DNA from: Fimicolochytrium jonesii
Lineage: Eukaryota
Direction: 5' to 3'
NCBI RefSeq assembly: GCF_025526975.1
Contig: NW_026515669.1
Coordinates: 372,001 to 436,000 of the forward strand
DNA: 64,000 bases
A model generated the notes under the pieces. It searched no databases. It had not been told where the DNA came from and saw only the letters and a program-made list of their open reading frames with translations. The translations under genes were made by a program, and so were the position numbers. Of the stretch, positions 46,335 to 60,875 are shown piece after piece (position 1 is the stretch's first letter; each line of letters begins with the position of its first letter).

Positions 46335-47972
46335 ATGTTGTGCAAAGCCGTGCGTCCTCTCGTCCGCGCTGCGGCTCCCCGTGTGCAGACCCGTACCTAC
46401 GCTGTTCTCTCCGAGGACCACTCGGCCGTTACTTACAACCGCAAGGGTGACCAGGTTGCGGCCGCGCCATCAATCGTGAAGACTGTGACCCAGACGGCTT
46501 CTGGCATTCGAATCGCAACTGTTGACCACTTGGGACCTGTTTCTACTGTCGCTTTGGTCGTCAAAGCTGGAAGCAGAAATGAGAGCCCCGATGCTCCTGG
46601 AGTCGCCCACTTCTTTAAAAACAGCCTCGTCAGGGTAAGATCATGTGCGAGAGAATTTCAGCCTGGTGGAGGATCGTGGGGATCTGACGATGTTTTCCAA
46701 ATTCATAGAACGTCCCTGGAGACACTATTACACGAACTGTCCGTGAGACCGAGCTTCGTGGAGATACCCTCTACGCCGCGCACACTAGGGAGCAACTCAT
46801 TGTGGCGTCTGACTTCCTGAGGGACAACCTGTGAGTCGGTGAAGCCGTTTTCCGAAGGAAGGTGAATCGGCATCCTCATTTCAGATTCCTACTGCCTTCG
46901 CTTTTCTCTAGGGTGGACGCTGTGCCTCTCCTCTTCGAGAACTTCTTCAACACCCACCATTACCCATACGAATTCCTCCACACCCGTCCCCATGTGATTG
47001 AGCAAGCCAGTGCGTCTCTTGCCGACCCTACGGTGAAGGTTTTCGACAGTTTGCATCAAGCCGCTTTCCGTCACGGACTTGGCAACTCTCTCTTCGCCAC
47101 CGCCCCTGCCGCCAAGGCTCTGAAACGCGCACACTTGCACGAGTTTGCCGCAAAGTACTTTACCGCAGATCGCATCGCCGTTGTCGGTAGTGGAGTTGCC
47201 CACAAGGATTTGCAACCTCTTGTGGAGGAGGCCATTACCCGTTTCCAGGACCGCTTCGGCAAATCATCCGTCTCTGTTCCCGTCTCCAAGTTCCGTGGTG
47301 GTGAGATTCGCATCGAAGCCGGCCCCAAGGCCGAAAGTCACTATGCCGTTGCATTCCCCGCGGTCGCTTTCTCCGACCCCTTGTACCCCGCCGCATTAGT
47401 CTTGCGCGCTATCTTGGATGGTTCCAAACGCGCAAAGTGGGGTAACGCATCGGGCTCCGCAGGCGCACTGGCTTCTGCTGCCACCGCTAAGACGAGCGTC
47501 ACCGCTTTCGAAGCGGCGTACTCCGACGCTGGGTTGATTGGATTTTACGTACAGGGGTCGAACAGTGACGTGAAAGATTCCGTTGGAAAGGCCATCGCTG
47601 CCCTGAAGGAAACTGCTTCGAAGGTGTCTGAGGAGGCTTTGTCCCGTGGAAAAAAGATCGCCATTGTCGATGCCGAGTCGGCGTTGTCTCGTGATGTGGC
47701 CATTCAGGAGATTGCCAAGCAAGTGTTGGTCAAGGGCGACGTGGCGGTACCAGCTGACCTTGCTGCTGCCATCAAGAAGGTTACTGCCGCTGACGTTCAA
47801 AAGGTAAGACAGCAACGAAGTTGGGGCACTACTTTACGGCTCTATAATCATGCGGGAGAGTTTACTAACTGTATCCCTGTAGGTTGCCAAGACCGCAACA
47901 GCAGCAAAGCCCGCCGTCGTTGCTTACGGAAATCTCCTGAAGCTGCCATTTGCGGACGAGCTTTCCATCTGA
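46335..47972 (+). CDS. QCR2: Cytochrome bc1 core protein 2 (M16 family), 4 exons
   Basis: Mitochondrial presequence; VKAGSRNE..PGVAHF; FRHGLGNSL; YSDAGLIGFY; C-terminal YGNLLKLPFADEL. Confidence 0.88.
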
Positions 47973-48241
47973 TGTGAACTCTTAGATATGCGGCTAGATA
48001 CTTTTATCAAACATGAATACCATTCACATGCTCCTTACGCTGCTGACGCCCCTGGTACATGTTCAAATCACTGGTTCACCGAGTATTGTACGCGAACAGC
48101 AGAAGAGTGTGGAATGGGTTGGGACAACAAGCTAGAAACTGGCCAGTGCGCATGCATTCATGTTTGGATTCCTTACGCCAGAAAGAGGGATCGCCTACGG
48201 AACATGCACTACCTTACAACTATATACGCAACAGTGGTATG

Positions 48242-49781
48242 TCACAATCCCACGACGGTAGGCGCAAACTCCCCTTCCTCGTCCTCCTCCTCGTCGGTCT
48301 GCGCCCTCAGCTCTTCCTTGATATCCCACAAGAATTTTTCCCGAACAAACTCCACAAGTGCGTCCAGCTTTTGCCCTAGTTGCGGGGAAACCTGCGTCGC
48401 ATCGAGGTCGTGAATGGAACGCGTTAGTTGTAGAATGTTGTGCCTTATAAAGTTATCGGCAGAAAGGGCGTCGACGAAGAAGTCAGATGGATGTGCGTTG
48501 AGTTGGGCTTGCAGAGTTTCTGGAGACATAGGTGAAGAAAGTCATCGTGTGGACCTCAAGAGATCGTGTGGGAGTAAGGGGGTGACTCTGGGCATCAAGC
48601 GATGTGTTACCTATGAAGTCGGAATACAATGTCTCGCCATATTCAACGATAGCTTCCTCAGACTGGCATAAAAGGTGAATCAAGGTTTTCCAATGCTCGT
48701 ATCCATCGTACACTTCTCCCAGCAGGAAGATGAGAAAGGAGAGCTGGAGCTCGCCTAGAAGTTCCCGGTAATCTGCGAGCACAACATTAGCGCGTGAATA
48801 CTTCATAGCGAGCCCAACTATGAATACCTTTGTATTCGTGAGTCAGAAGTTGTTTCAGCAGGTAGCTCTTATCTCTGCTATACTTCGTAAGCTCTGCCCC
48901 AGTCGCACCAGGGGGAAATGATCTCTTGAGGTCCACAGGTGTGAAGTTCAAAAACAGCTGCTCGATGTTCGATGCACCTAGATCTCCTTTCGTCATCTTT
49001 TGCAAGGATGGCTCCACATCCTTTGCCGCTCTAGCATCTCCAGTCGCATTTACGGCCCGCTCCTCCGGGTCGACATCCATCGCATGCGTCCCACCTCTTG
49101 ACTTGAAATCCGATCGTGAATCCTGCACATCTGAATACCGCGATACACTGGTCATCGCGCTGATCTTCCCAGATGGTGGTAGGACCTTTTTCACAGTGGC
49201 GGTTGTGACATGGGTTATTAGGCTTAGCCATTTCTGATATGGGCTTATCGGATCGTTGTCCTGCGGAACCAAGGGGTAGGCACCGAGGAACCGATCAAAT
49301 TCTCGATAATCTGCGAGTGTTCATGAATACCTAGTTCCAATGGAAGAGCAGACGTAAATACGGACTTACTTGATTTAAACCTGGCTTCCGTTTCTGCGTT
49401 CAAGCCTTCGTCCGGGAAAACATCCTCGTCCGCATTATTCCAACGCTTTACAACAACCTGGTCAAGGGAAAATCCTACGGGTCAGAAAACACCCGTTTTG
49501 ACCCTAAAGTTTGTTGGAACATCTTGCACAAACCCCCGACATACCTGCCCAGCTTCAAACCTTCGCCAGAATCCTGTTCTAACAGCCGCCGTGTCCCCAT
49601 GCTTATTGTGTGCACTGTAGTATATGAAGTGCAGGCCTGGTGGGATGAGTTTCAGCCCTTTGAACTTGGGGCCGGTAACCCACGAGTAGCAGTCGACGCC
49701 AAACTCCATGTTAGGCGGTGCATCGAGAAAAAGCAGGAGGGCGCCTTTCTCGAACAGGGCGTTTGCCGTTTGTTGGTCCAT
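48242..49781 (-). CDS. AAR2: U5 snRNP assembly factor AAR2, spliced
   Basis: EFGVD..SW.TGPKFKGLKLIPPGLHFIYYS; ELLGELQLSFL..EHWK..LLC. Confidence 0.92.
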
Positions 49782-50239
49782 GGCATATATCCGTGGTTCG
49801 GCGTTGATTTTCAAACCGTCGTTCGACGTAATCCAAAATACGGACTGAACCGATGTTTCCCATGTCGAGAGTGTCGAGCGAATATCGACTGAACAGCAGC
49901 TATTTCGCGAGATTTCGCGTGGAGGCTCGAATCCTGGCTCGAATCCCACGTCTTCCACCTTTTTCCTTTCCAAAGGTTCCAGGGGGTCTCCCAGAAGGAT
50001 TGCGATAGCCATAGCCATAGCCATAACCCAACGGACACCATACGATTTCCTACAACGACGGTTCTCCAGCAGCAACCGGGAGCGCCAGCGTACGAAAACC
50101 AGGAATTTTCCAGCACGCCCTGTCGGTACAACCGAAACTCTCAACTTCTCAGAAGCTTGGGAACTCCCGGAAAACTGCCTCGAATAACAGACAGAGTTTT
50201 GTATAGCGGAGAAACATAGCGCATGTTATCGAATTTAAC

Positions 50240-50722
50240 ATGGTTGGTTTATTGCAAAGCTCGTGAATGTTCATGATCTAGGTCGAATCATTAACAGCGT
50301 GTCTTGAACCCCGCAGCTCTTCTACTCTTTCTTCAAAACACTCGTGGGGAAGACTGTAACGGTGGAATTGAAGAATGACCTGCAAATACAAGGGACGCTG
50401 GTCTCAGTAGATCAGTTTCTGAATATCAAGCTTGACGATATTCAGGTGTTGGACGAGCAAAAGTTTCCTCATATGGTACGCCAGGTTTCTTGGACATCTT
50501 TTCTGATTATTGGCTATAAGCTTGCAAATGGACGAGCGGGGCAGCTGCTGGGGAAAGCGGGACGTGCAGCTGATCAATTCTCGATCACCTTTGGCTTCTT
50601 CACAGATGTCGGTGAAGAACTGTTTCATACGAGGGTCCGTTGTTCGATATGTCTCGCTCCCAGCACAAGCGGTGGACACAGCGCTGCTGCAGGACGCGGC
50701 TAGACGAGAGGCTCAGAAGTGA
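50240..50722 (+). CDS. LSM2: U6 snRNA-associated Sm-like protein LSm2, 3 exons
   Basis: M|LFYSFFKTLVG..VELKNDL..GTL.SVDQFLNIKL..|SVKNCFIRGSVVRYV. Confidence 0.96.
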
Positions 50723-51062
50723 TTCCATATCTGATAGCCTTAGCTTGAGTATCACCGCCCTTTTGTGCTTACCGCTCATCAGAACTGTTAGACGGAACCG
50801 TCTTCAACTGCTGGCAGTAATCGATGTGCCCTGGCTATACAGGTCAACTCCGACTCTGTGCAGTGCGCTTCAGGCTCGTAGCCCGTCAATGCTGTATATT
50901 ATGTAGATAATTTGGCTAACATAGGGTGTATTTGTACGTACACTGAATCTGAGCCTGACCTACGCCGAAACGGTATTGGGAATGACAAGCTAAGCAACAC
51001 TCAGAGCCACCATCGCTCCACCCAACTACAAACTATCTCCCAGGCCGTCAATGGCTTGCCCA

Positions 51063-51626
51063 CTACTGGCTTTGTTCTAACGATCGGGCCTTTGTTCCTC
51101 GTGATGCAGGTCGTAGGCTTCTGTGCCGAATTCTCCTCTCTGACTTGTTATTATCTTGAGCTGCTTCGTCTCGGTTTGGATTGATGGGGCGACGACGTAC
51201 GGGTGTCATGCCATCTGGCCTCAGCCCGACCGAAGTATGCGACATCGTCTTCACCCAATCCTCCCAGGATTCATTCCCACTTTCTTCACGATGCCATTCC
51301 TCTGTGCGATGAGGTAGAAGCATGTCGAGGAATAAGTCCTCCTTTTTGGCGAGCTTGCTCATGCTGCTGTTGCTGATCTACTCAACCTTCGTAGTCTTGT
51401 GAACTCGTTTCACATACCTTTCCAACGAACGGAAGTACATTCGCCTCCACAGACTTTGTGCTTCACATCTTGGACTCAAACTAGAGGTTAGCATGACCCT
51501 CCTTAGTGGTAGCAATTCTTGGTTGGAACGGCCGCCGGTTCGTGACGCCCCGGGTAGTGTTAGGTTGCTACCGACGTAAGCGATATTTGACTCTGCCTGC
51601 GCGACATCGGTAGGCGTGAGGGCCAT
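51063..51626 (-). CDS. Possible small hypothetical gene or pseudogene
   Basis: Two adjacent protein-like ORFs; no recognisable domain. Confidence 0.25.
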
Positions 51627-52448
51627 GCGGTTGTCGCTTGTGTTGTAAGGGTAGAAGACCGTCTAGACCTCGAACGTTTCAGGTTAGTATCTGTTTTATA
51701 GCCTGTCGATCCCGTCGCAGCGGCAATACTCCTCACGCAGCAATTCGACACAAATCGGCAGGGGAGCGAATTAAGCACAGCGCTAGAGAATAAAGATAGT
51801 TCAAGGAACTGATGAGGACGTTGCTATATATATCGACGTTGCTTATATGAGGGTTTGTGCCACCAGCCTCTGTCGGAGGATTGAGAATCGAAAGTACATT
51901 TCGCAAATGTAAGCTTGAGCCAAAATGGTTCAAATAGCTTTCGACAGATCTTTGGTTTCTATGCTTCGACTATTTTGGACATGGAGAACAAGAACAAGCT
52001 TCTTTTGCGCCAAAGAGGAATCACCGGCTCGCATGGACGGTTTCTGGCCTTCGTTGCTCTCCGGCCAAGTGCTTTCTACTCTCTTGAAAGTCTTGTTTGC
52101 AAAACCAATTGCGAATGGCAAGTCTTTGACCTGCGACGAGTAAAGCCCTACAGCATTGGTGAGAAGCTCGACCGAGGGCGGCCTACCGTTACAACTTCCG
52201 ACCCCTAGTCACGACCTTCTCGACACAGTGTGGACACCGTGCGAGCTTCTGCTCTGCTGCTTCTGCACATAGTCCAGTCATCGGCCTGCCATATCGGCTC
52301 AGGTGTTCGGTGAAGACGACTTTGACAGTGAAGCGCCCTCCGCCGTATCTCGTAAGGTGAATCTCCGCCCGCTGCGCCACACCACCAAGCAGTCTACGGG
52401 CTATATCCATCATCGCTCGGCAACACCCAGCTGCCACACTGTCTGTAA

Positions 52449-54981
52449 ATGCCTTACAACACAGGGCCACCGCCACTGGTGCATCATGCCACAAGCGTTT
52501 CGGCTACGGACATCCTGGGAAGTGCGCACGAGTTCTTAAAAGGTCAGTGGGGATCGCAAGACAGTACGAGAGTTCAGTGGAAAGGGCGGGAAATGAACAA
52601 ACTAGGCGAAGGAAGGCGGAGGGATTGCATTCGGCTATTAATGGTGTGGTCTGCGGAAGCGTCACATGCCTTATGTCGTACTGAGTTCTTCGAAATGTTT
52701 GTCACTGATATTCATACGCTGCTGAATACATGCATGATCAGATAAGCTTTACTACACCAGCGTATTGGGGAATCCCGGACAATATCCCAATGTGAACTTC
52801 TTCAGCATCGACCGGGTTCTGGTCTACATCAACTTCTACTCCGATTTCGGGCCGTCAAATCTCGCCCATGTCATTCGGTTTTGCGATATCATGCAGGATA
52901 AGTTAAAGGTAGACCTCGGAAACCGGATACCGTTGCTTTGAATCGAACAAGCAGTTTTGCATCTATCAAACGAAAAGGGGGCTCTGCTTTCAACATCGAT
53001 ACTCATGACCACACTGATCTGCAGAATCCACGCACGGCGGACAAGAAGATATGCTTGTACAGCTCTATGGATCCAGATAAGAGGGCGAACGCTGCATTCC
53101 TCATGTGCGCATACATGGTATGTGACGACGTAGACATGTCGCCATTGCGTTCCAACTAGAGAAGCACAATCGGCACTGACGGTATAATCTCGTTCAGCTT
53201 ATAGTTCACAAGCAAACCCCGGAAGAAGCATTCCGACCTCTGTGCACCGCCAAACCATTCCTTTCGTACCGAGACGCGGGATACGGAACCGCTACCTACT
53301 ATATAACCATTCCCGACTGCCTCCGCGGCCTGCACAAAGGGTTGACTCTGGGCCTTTTAGACATCGATTCTGTGGATGTGGAAGAGTACGAGTTCTACGA
53401 GAAGGTGGAGAACGGGGATTTCAATTGGTTAACGGATAAGTTCCTCGCCTTGGCCTCGCCGAAGGATGACCCGGTGACCACACGAGGCGCCGCGATGCCA
53501 GCCGCGACACACACATCCTCGGCTTTGTCTCTCCTACCAGCGCCATTGGCCGCCGTTCTCGGCGTCACATCGTCACAGGAACTGCACCAGCAACCAGCAC
53601 ATCAGACGGCTCTGCGGGCGGCGCCGTCCGGTTGGGGATTTCTTTCTCGGGCCACCGCGTCTGTCGCTCCGGCACCAGCAGCGTCCGCAATCTCACCGCC
53701 AGCGAAAGGCTTTCAACCAGCATATCGGATGCAAGACCTTGTGAAATATCTCAAGCAGCATAATGTCGGAACCGTGGTTCGTTTGAACAACCGGACATAT
53801 GACCGGACGCAGATCGTCAAGGCTGGCATCGATCATGTGGAAATGTACTTTCCGGATGGCACAAATCCTCCGGATGGCATCTTGATGCGGTTTTTGGAGT
53901 TGTGCGAGTCGCGACCCGGTCAGTGCAGCTCTGGTAGCAGATCTGGTTGAATCTTGGGCCGAGCCCCTCATTTGCTTTGTTGTTCCAGGGCCGATTGCTG
54001 TACACTGCAAAGCCGGCTTGGGCCGCACGGGCAGTTTGATTGCGGCATACCTAATGAAACACTATAAGTTTACAGCCGCCGAAGTCATCTCGTTCTTGCG
54101 GATCCTAAGGCCTGGATGTGTTGTTGGACCACAGCAGAACTACCTTCAGAAGTAAGAGTGGCATCCGGTCGAGACGATTCTTTGGATCGGTCACTCCGCC
54201 TATGTCAAGCGTGTACTGATGCAAGGGAAATTATTCTATTTAACAGCATGCAGGACCGTTTGCATAGACTGCATCCGTCGGGAAATCTGCCACCCCATAT
54301 CTCTCTTCTCAAAAAGCCGACCTATCCCGATGGTATTCGCCGTTGGAATGTCACCCGGACAAATGTAGTGCCCAACCCGCGGTTCAACGGCGACAGTGAA
54401 GGAGAGCTTGCACAGTTGGACATCCATCGAAGGGAAACGCAAGACGAGCTCGAACGCGCCTTTGCGGAAGCCGAGCGCGAGCGGTCCCCAGATCCAGCGG
54501 CACGGATTGAAAATATGACCATCCCTGTGCAGCCGCGCAAGCATGTGCAGAACCCTCAGCAGGCGGCGCCTGGTGGGACCAAGTTGGCGGCGGGAGGGCT
54601 CGATCTCCCGTCAGGGTCTGCGGGCGACAGGGACCGAGACCGGACGAAAGCGCAGGTTCAAGCTGCATTGGAACTTGCGAAGAAGGTACCCGTGTAAAGG
54701 GAAGAGCTGAAACACGGGAGTTGATCTAATCCTGCTTTTCATTTCGGATTTTCAAGCATTCATCGGCAAATCCAGCCACCAAGCGTTCCGCCGACTCGAG
54801 ACCAAACTACGTGACGACAAGCACGGGAAGCCTTGGTCCCACGTCCCGTCCAACAACATCCCATGGGAGCGGGGGTACTGCCTCCGCGAGCGCCACACCA
54901 CGCAATCAGAAACAGCAACAGACGGATTTTGTCGTGCTTGGGAAGAAGCCCGGGGTATCCATGAGCGCTCGGGAACGTTAG
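52449..54981 (+). CDS. CDC14: Dual-specificity phosphatase Cdc14, spliced
   Basis: [55 protein letters not shown]. Confidence 0.95.
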
Positions 54982-55137
54982 CGCGAGTTTTTGCATTTAC
55001 ATCTGTTTCTCGAATATATATATTTGGATCCGTTTCCGAGACATCTTTATGTGCACTAAGAATGCTACGGGTGTGTCGATAGACGCCGGGTTCCTACGTG
55101 CGCTAAAACGAAGTCGGCACTCACACGGACATCTCTT

Positions 55138-56301
55138 CTATCTGAACCCGACAGGGTCAACGCCGTTCGCTATCCTTTGCTCTTCCTCGGCAAGAAGCTG
55201 ATCTAGCCTCCTCAATAGCGTTTGCCCCTGTTGCTTCCCCGTCTGAATGGTTCAACACAGTTGGTTCATGTCATCGGGAAAGAAATGGACGTAGGATAAA
55301 CCTACCTGAACCATCTCAGCAAGCAAACTTGGCTCCACACCTCCCTTTCCTCCCTTTTGCAGCGCACAAAGATTTTCTGCCTTGTTGACTGCCACGGTTA
55401 GATGGGCAGATGCACACAGCTCCTCCAATGGTGTTGCATCGATGATGTGACGATATGCGATCTGGGAAAATAGGAAAGTTCAGATCGGTTCGCAGCAGTC
55501 CCAGCGAGAGGGGTCAGCATAGCACGCGACTCACTTTGCTCAGCGTAACCGAGACCGGCACGTTTTGCCATCCCTCAACGATCTCCGTCTCCTCATCAGC
55601 TATATCGAACTCAACCCGTCCATCAGACTGCTCAACAGTCGCCTTTGGGATCCTCGTGTTATGCAGCGCGCCACGAGTAGCCATGAAGATCGCATCCAGC
55701 AAATTGCCCCCGTAATCCAAAACCAGCGCATCGATGTTCAAGATCCAACATGTTGATCCCGGTATTATGCACAGTGCCTTCAGGTTGACTCCGCCCTGGG
55801 GCCCGTTCAACACCCTGTTCATGAATTGGGAGTACTCATTGCACATGTTCTCCACGTCGCGTGGGTCGAACACCCTTGTCGCCGAAGGCGAGCAGTCCAC
55901 GTTGCACACTATTCGGCCTCTATCGCGGTCTTTATGCGCTGTTCCGGCCTGCTGCTCCACATCGTCGGCCGCCTCGACTCCTGCAGGGGCACCGTCGTCG
56001 TCGTCTGCGTCCGTGAGGTCGGGTTCTATGCTCCCCACTTCCACTTTGACACCGACGAGGACATCCGTCCCGCCTTCCAAAGTAACCCGGCATGAGCCGC
56101 TGGCTTGGTTGATCATGCCTGTTTCGAGCTTGAATTCGCGGTAGTCGAGACGGGACCGACCGTCGGCTCTAATGGCGCAGTCGATCCCTTTCGTTATAAA
56201 GTCCCTGGAGAAGATGCGGGGAATGCCCGTTAGCTTGAGAAATAGCGCCGCTCGGGACATTAACGACTTGCCTCACCATACCTTTCGGTCACGGATATCA
56301 T
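55138..56301 (-). CDS. RRP42: Exosome RNase PH-like subunit Rrp42/EXOSC7, spliced
   Basis: GI...IRADGRSRLDYR..ASGSCRV..TDVLVGVKVEVG..CWILNIDALVL..GGNLLDA. Confidence 0.9.
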
Positions 56302-56668
56302 GGCTGCTACGAGGGTTTTCTTGCTGGTCCAAATTGTCAAACGGTGTTCGAACTTCTACAGGCGCGTCGGTCGCTCGCTTCCACAACACGACGCTTTGTT
56401 GGATTGATACAGTCCGAGATATCTTGAGAATAGTCTTTCCGGCTATCGCCCAACAGGAAACGGGATCTTACAGGAAGCACAAGGAGGGTGGACATATGTG
56501 CCTTGGCGAGGTGCTGGTGTGAAGATCCTTCTGAACCCTCTTGCTATATACACGCCATATATTCGTGTTCACTCTGGCAAATGAAGAATTCCACTATGTA
56601 ATTCTCTAGTTTCACTAGTATATGATATGGCTCGTGCACTCTACCGTCCTATTCCTACTCTCGGGTCT

Positions 56669-58171
56669 CTATTCCGATGCCACCTTCTCATTCTCCATCA
56701 CCCCCTTCCAATACGCCGCAGTCCTCCTCAACCCCTCCTCCAACTCCACCACCGGCTTATACCCCAACACTTTAACCGCCTTCTCGGTATCCCAGTACCG
56801 ATTACTCGTAATAATCTGCACGCGGAACCTCGTAAACGTCGGCGTGACGACCTTCCCCGTAGTGGCGTGGATGAGGGAGACGAAAAAATCGACGGTGGAG
56901 CCGAGGATGAACCCGAGCGTGCGTGGGATGCGCTTGGAGAGGGTGTTGGTGTAGCCGAGGTGGTTGTAGAGGTATTTGGGGACGTCCCAGAAGAAGGTGG
57001 GGGTGTGGTTTGTTATATAGAAGACCTGAGGGGATGAGCGTTGGCGGTTAGCAATGATTCTATTCTGCATTGCTGGGTTCATACGCCATACCTCTCCGGC
57101 GACGCCTTTCCGTTTGTCCATGACGTTCGCGGCAAGAATGTGCGCGTGAGCTACGTTGTCAACGTACGTCCTAGAGAATCGGTGGGAGGGTTGTCAATTT
57201 GTGATCCTGTAGTCTCAGCGCTCATAGTTATGAGCAGAAGACGATGATACCCACCAGTCAAAGAGGTATGAGTTGTCGCCAATCATGAACTTCCAGTTGC
57301 CCTTTTTGGCTGCTTCGTAGAGACCTTTGGATGCATTGTTGTCTCTGCGATGGAAGGAGTATGAGACGACGGCAAGGATTGGACACGCGAGGCAGGGGCT
57401 ACCAATGCTCGCACGAGCTCGCGGAACGAAGAAGGCTCGCTATCGGTCGCAGCACCGTCGCTCGCAGCAAGCCCGCTGGCGCTCGATACCCTTTCCCTCG
57501 CTTCACTAGCCCGCCAATGCCATAGCTACTCACGCAGGTCCAAAAATTCCAGCCGGCCTCAGCACAACCGTAATCAACCCACCCTTTCCATTCGCCTCCC
57601 TGACAAACCGCTCCGCCTCCGCCTTGGTCTCATTATACGCATCCATATGCACATCACAGTACGGGTCCATCTCATCCCCATTTCTCAAATCCTGCCCATT
57701 ATACGTCACACTCGCGGACGACGTATACACCAACTTCCTCACACCACTCTCAACACAGGCCTCTACGACCCGTTTCGTCCCTTCGACGTTGACGTTGTAA
57801 AGGAGGTCGCGGGAGACGTTTTCGATGAGCGCGGCGGTGTGGATGACGGTTGTGATGCCGTTGCAGGCGGGTAGGAGGGAGGCGAGGGAGGTGATGTCGC
57901 CTTCGATGAAGGAGGCGACGCGAGGGTCGGCGAAGGTGATGCGGCGGTCGAAGACATGGACTTTCGGGATGGGCCGGTCGGGGAATGAGGAGACTGTAGT
58001 GTCGGCTGCCTCGGGGGAGTGGCCATCTAGCAGCATTTCGACGATACGGCGGCCGACGAACCCTCCGCCGCCGATAACGAGATATGTTTCCTAGAAGTCA
58101 ATATTAGCGACGAAGTCCTTGGGGTGCTGCAATGAGGAGACCTCTGTAACGCTCACCTCCGCGACAGTCAT
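56669..58171 (-). CDS. ERG26: Sterol-4-alpha-carboxylate 3-dehydrogenase (3-beta-HSD family), spliced
   Basis: GGGGFVG, VYTSSASV, YNETKAEAE, LRPAGIFG, GYKPVVELEEG. Confidence 0.85.
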
Positions 58172-58527
58172 GGCGAGCACGTTATGCAATACTATCGAAC
58201 CTTTGGACAGAGATAGAGAGACAAACGAGCGAACACCTGCAAACGGCTGGAGGGAGCGGGGCGAGGGGTGCTTATATAGATAGATGAGCGTTTTTGAGGT
58301 GCCCAGCGAAAGAGGGAGCCGCCTGAACAGCTGAGGCCGAAATTCGTCTGGGGCAAGTCAGGAAGTCAGGCCACGCGCAAGACGGGTCCTTCCTCCTCTT
58401 CCGACGACGACCTCGCCGGCATCCGTCTCAGCCTTGAACAACCAAGTGTTGCCCCCACCACCTCCACCCACCACCACCACCAACAGCCCCTGGTCGTACA
58501 TATTCAACCCCCCGCGGCTCTTCCAAA

Positions 58528-59027
58528 ATGAGTATGGGATCTAGGTAAGTGGCTTCTGCTGGCCACTCGTCACTTTGCCAGTGCTTTCCCTCCCTTCGGA
58601 ACACTGTTCTACCTTTTTTGCCACAACTCATCATTCCTTCACTCCCGCTGGCACAGTTGGCAACGCTTCTCCCGCGCCGAAGCACCCGAGCGCGGCGCCT
58701 TCCCTTTGGACCTGAATGGCGAATGCCAGGACTTCGTCAAAATCTACATGGCATGTCTCAAAGAAGCCAAAGGGAATAACGGTAGATGTAAACCGCTCGC
58801 GAGGGAGTATCTGAAGTGTCGGATGGATCAGTGAGTTTGGGAAATGCCGTTCGGAGGTGGCTGGGGGGGCGAGTGCTGATGATGATGGTCTCATCTACAG
58901 TGGGCTTATGAATAAGGAAGATTTTCGGAATCTCGGATTTCATGAAGACGACGCTGCGACATCGCCGGAAAAACCATCAATATCCAGTGCCACCAGTGCC
59001 ACCAGTGCGACCAGTGCGAAGAAATGA
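58528..59027 (+). CDS. COX19: Cytochrome c oxidase assembly protein Cox19 (twin CX9C), spliced
   Basis: FPLDLNGEC...YMACLK...CKPLAREYLKCRMD|..LMNKEDFRNLGF. Confidence 0.9.
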
Positions 59028-59748
59028 TCAGCACCATATGCAGTTCAGAGGATTTCGGCCGGGAGGCAGATCTCGACCATTATCATATTCAGAACCGTCA
59101 CATGCGATACGCCAGAGCCGCCCACCACTCGGCCGCGAAAGCAGTCACTAGGGCGCGAATATCTCACACAAGGGCAGTCTGGGATAGAAGCTGAGGAAGG
59201 CGCTATGTAGATAAGCAGAGCAGATGTTAGATCATCGGGAGGGCTTGCAGAATGACTGCAAGAGGGATTTGGTGGCACCAAGTTGCGCTGGAAAGCTTCA
59301 GGACTGAGCACGCAGATTGGGAGCTTTCGGCCGCAGCAAGAGGAGAGCTAAGGGAAGGATTTCCAATGCGGCGACATCTAGCCACGCGGTTCTGGGGGTC
59401 GGCTGTGCGGAAAAGGGCATGCGAGGGTGTCCTGGTGCATCTTTCTCTGCCGAAGGAACCATTCTCGCCGGGTCCTCTTCACCCACGCATAGTGCGGGAT
59501 GCCCAGTCTGCCTGCCCAGCGTCGCTTCCTCTCTGCGCCAATTGCATAATTGCATACCCCGCTGCACCTCGAAAGCCAACACATAATTTAATACCACGAT
59601 ATTCCGCCCCTCGCATCCTTCCCCTCCCTGCGTATGCCGTACCAGATGTAACAAATGCTCCTTATAAGCGCCAACAAATGTACTCAGCAACGCATGCCAA
59701 GCAAAAAACAATAGATAATATATACTGCCGAAATCCCATCCTCACACC

Positions 59749-60875
59749 TCACGCTGCCCTCTTTTTCCGCCCCGCCGCCTTCCCAGGTAGCTCCTTATGC
59801 GCCTGCATAAAGTACAGATTTGGCGGTAACGAGTCTGCCTTGCGTGCAAACATCTGCTCGATTGCATCCACGCTCGTGAATGGATCCGGCACGCCGCCGC
59901 GTTCGCGTCGTTCTATGGTCGTGAGGAGGTCTTGTACGGACATGATGTTAGTTAGTTCGCGGTTGGAGATGCGGAGGTGGCAGGCGGCGAGGGATCGACT
60001 GACGATCTGAGGGAGTCGCACGGCGTTAGGATTTCTTTTCTGAGACTCAGAAAACTACATACAAGCGTTCTTACCTTGAACTTCAGTGATGGGGAAGCCA
60101 ATTGCACGCTCCTCCACGCCTCAGGATCAGTGCTTTGGACAATCGCTTCTACCGTCTTTTTCACGATAGCCTCGATTTCCGCGTAAGAGGTTGGTTTTGG
60201 TTGTCCGGAATCGATATGTAACCTTTCTTCAACGCTGGAGAGAGAGATAGAACGAGGCGTGTCAGTTAGGGCGCAGGTGCGAATCATCAACCCATCAACC
60301 ATCGACCATCGACCATCAACCCATCAACCCATCGAACGTCAACCGTCATCCATCAACCATAAAGCATCAACCGCCGATGATCGGGAAAGACAATAAAGAC
60401 GACCGTTCGCTGTCGCTCACAGCAAGCGGCGAGGGGGCGCCCCACCACCTAAAAAGCACGATCGTTCGCTGTCGCTTACAGATATTGCGCCTGCGGCGCC
60501 GCTTGCTTCGCTGGCGTACAACCACCATCGCCCCCTTTGTTCGCGGCCCTACCTATTTGACATTTCCGATTCTTCGCCATCCTCGGCCGCCAACAAAAAA
60601 GGCGAAGCCGACCCCGCTTGCCCAACATTCTCCGTCAACGCCTCCTCGGTCCCCTTTGCGGTCTCCAATGCATTCAATAGCGGCGATCCCGTGTGCAGAC
60701 CCGCGGAAGCCTGGCGGTTGACGCTGGCGAGGAAGCGGTGGGAGGCTGATGCTGATGCACTTGAAGAGAGGCCTGCGAAGGCGGAGGAGGGTGGTGGTGT
60801 GCGGATGGAGCCTGAGGCGCGGGCGCGGCGGGCGGCGCGGGCGGAGAGGTGGAAGGTGGTGCGGAGGAAGCGCAT
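59749..60875 (-). CDS. Probable mitochondrial ribosomal protein mL50-like, spliced
   Basis: Arg-rich presequence; W.SVQL..SLKFK|IV....ISNRELTNI.SV.DL; C-terminal LPPNLYF. Confidence 0.55.
60285..60372. repeat. Degenerate CCATC(A/G)A 7-8-mer tandem repeat inside an intron
   Basis: CATCAACCCATCAACCATCGACCATCGACCATCAAC... Confidence 0.7.

Noticed and set aside
59252..60010. 252-aa plus-strand ORF
   Set aside because: No recognisable domain; partly antisense to the mL50-like gene.
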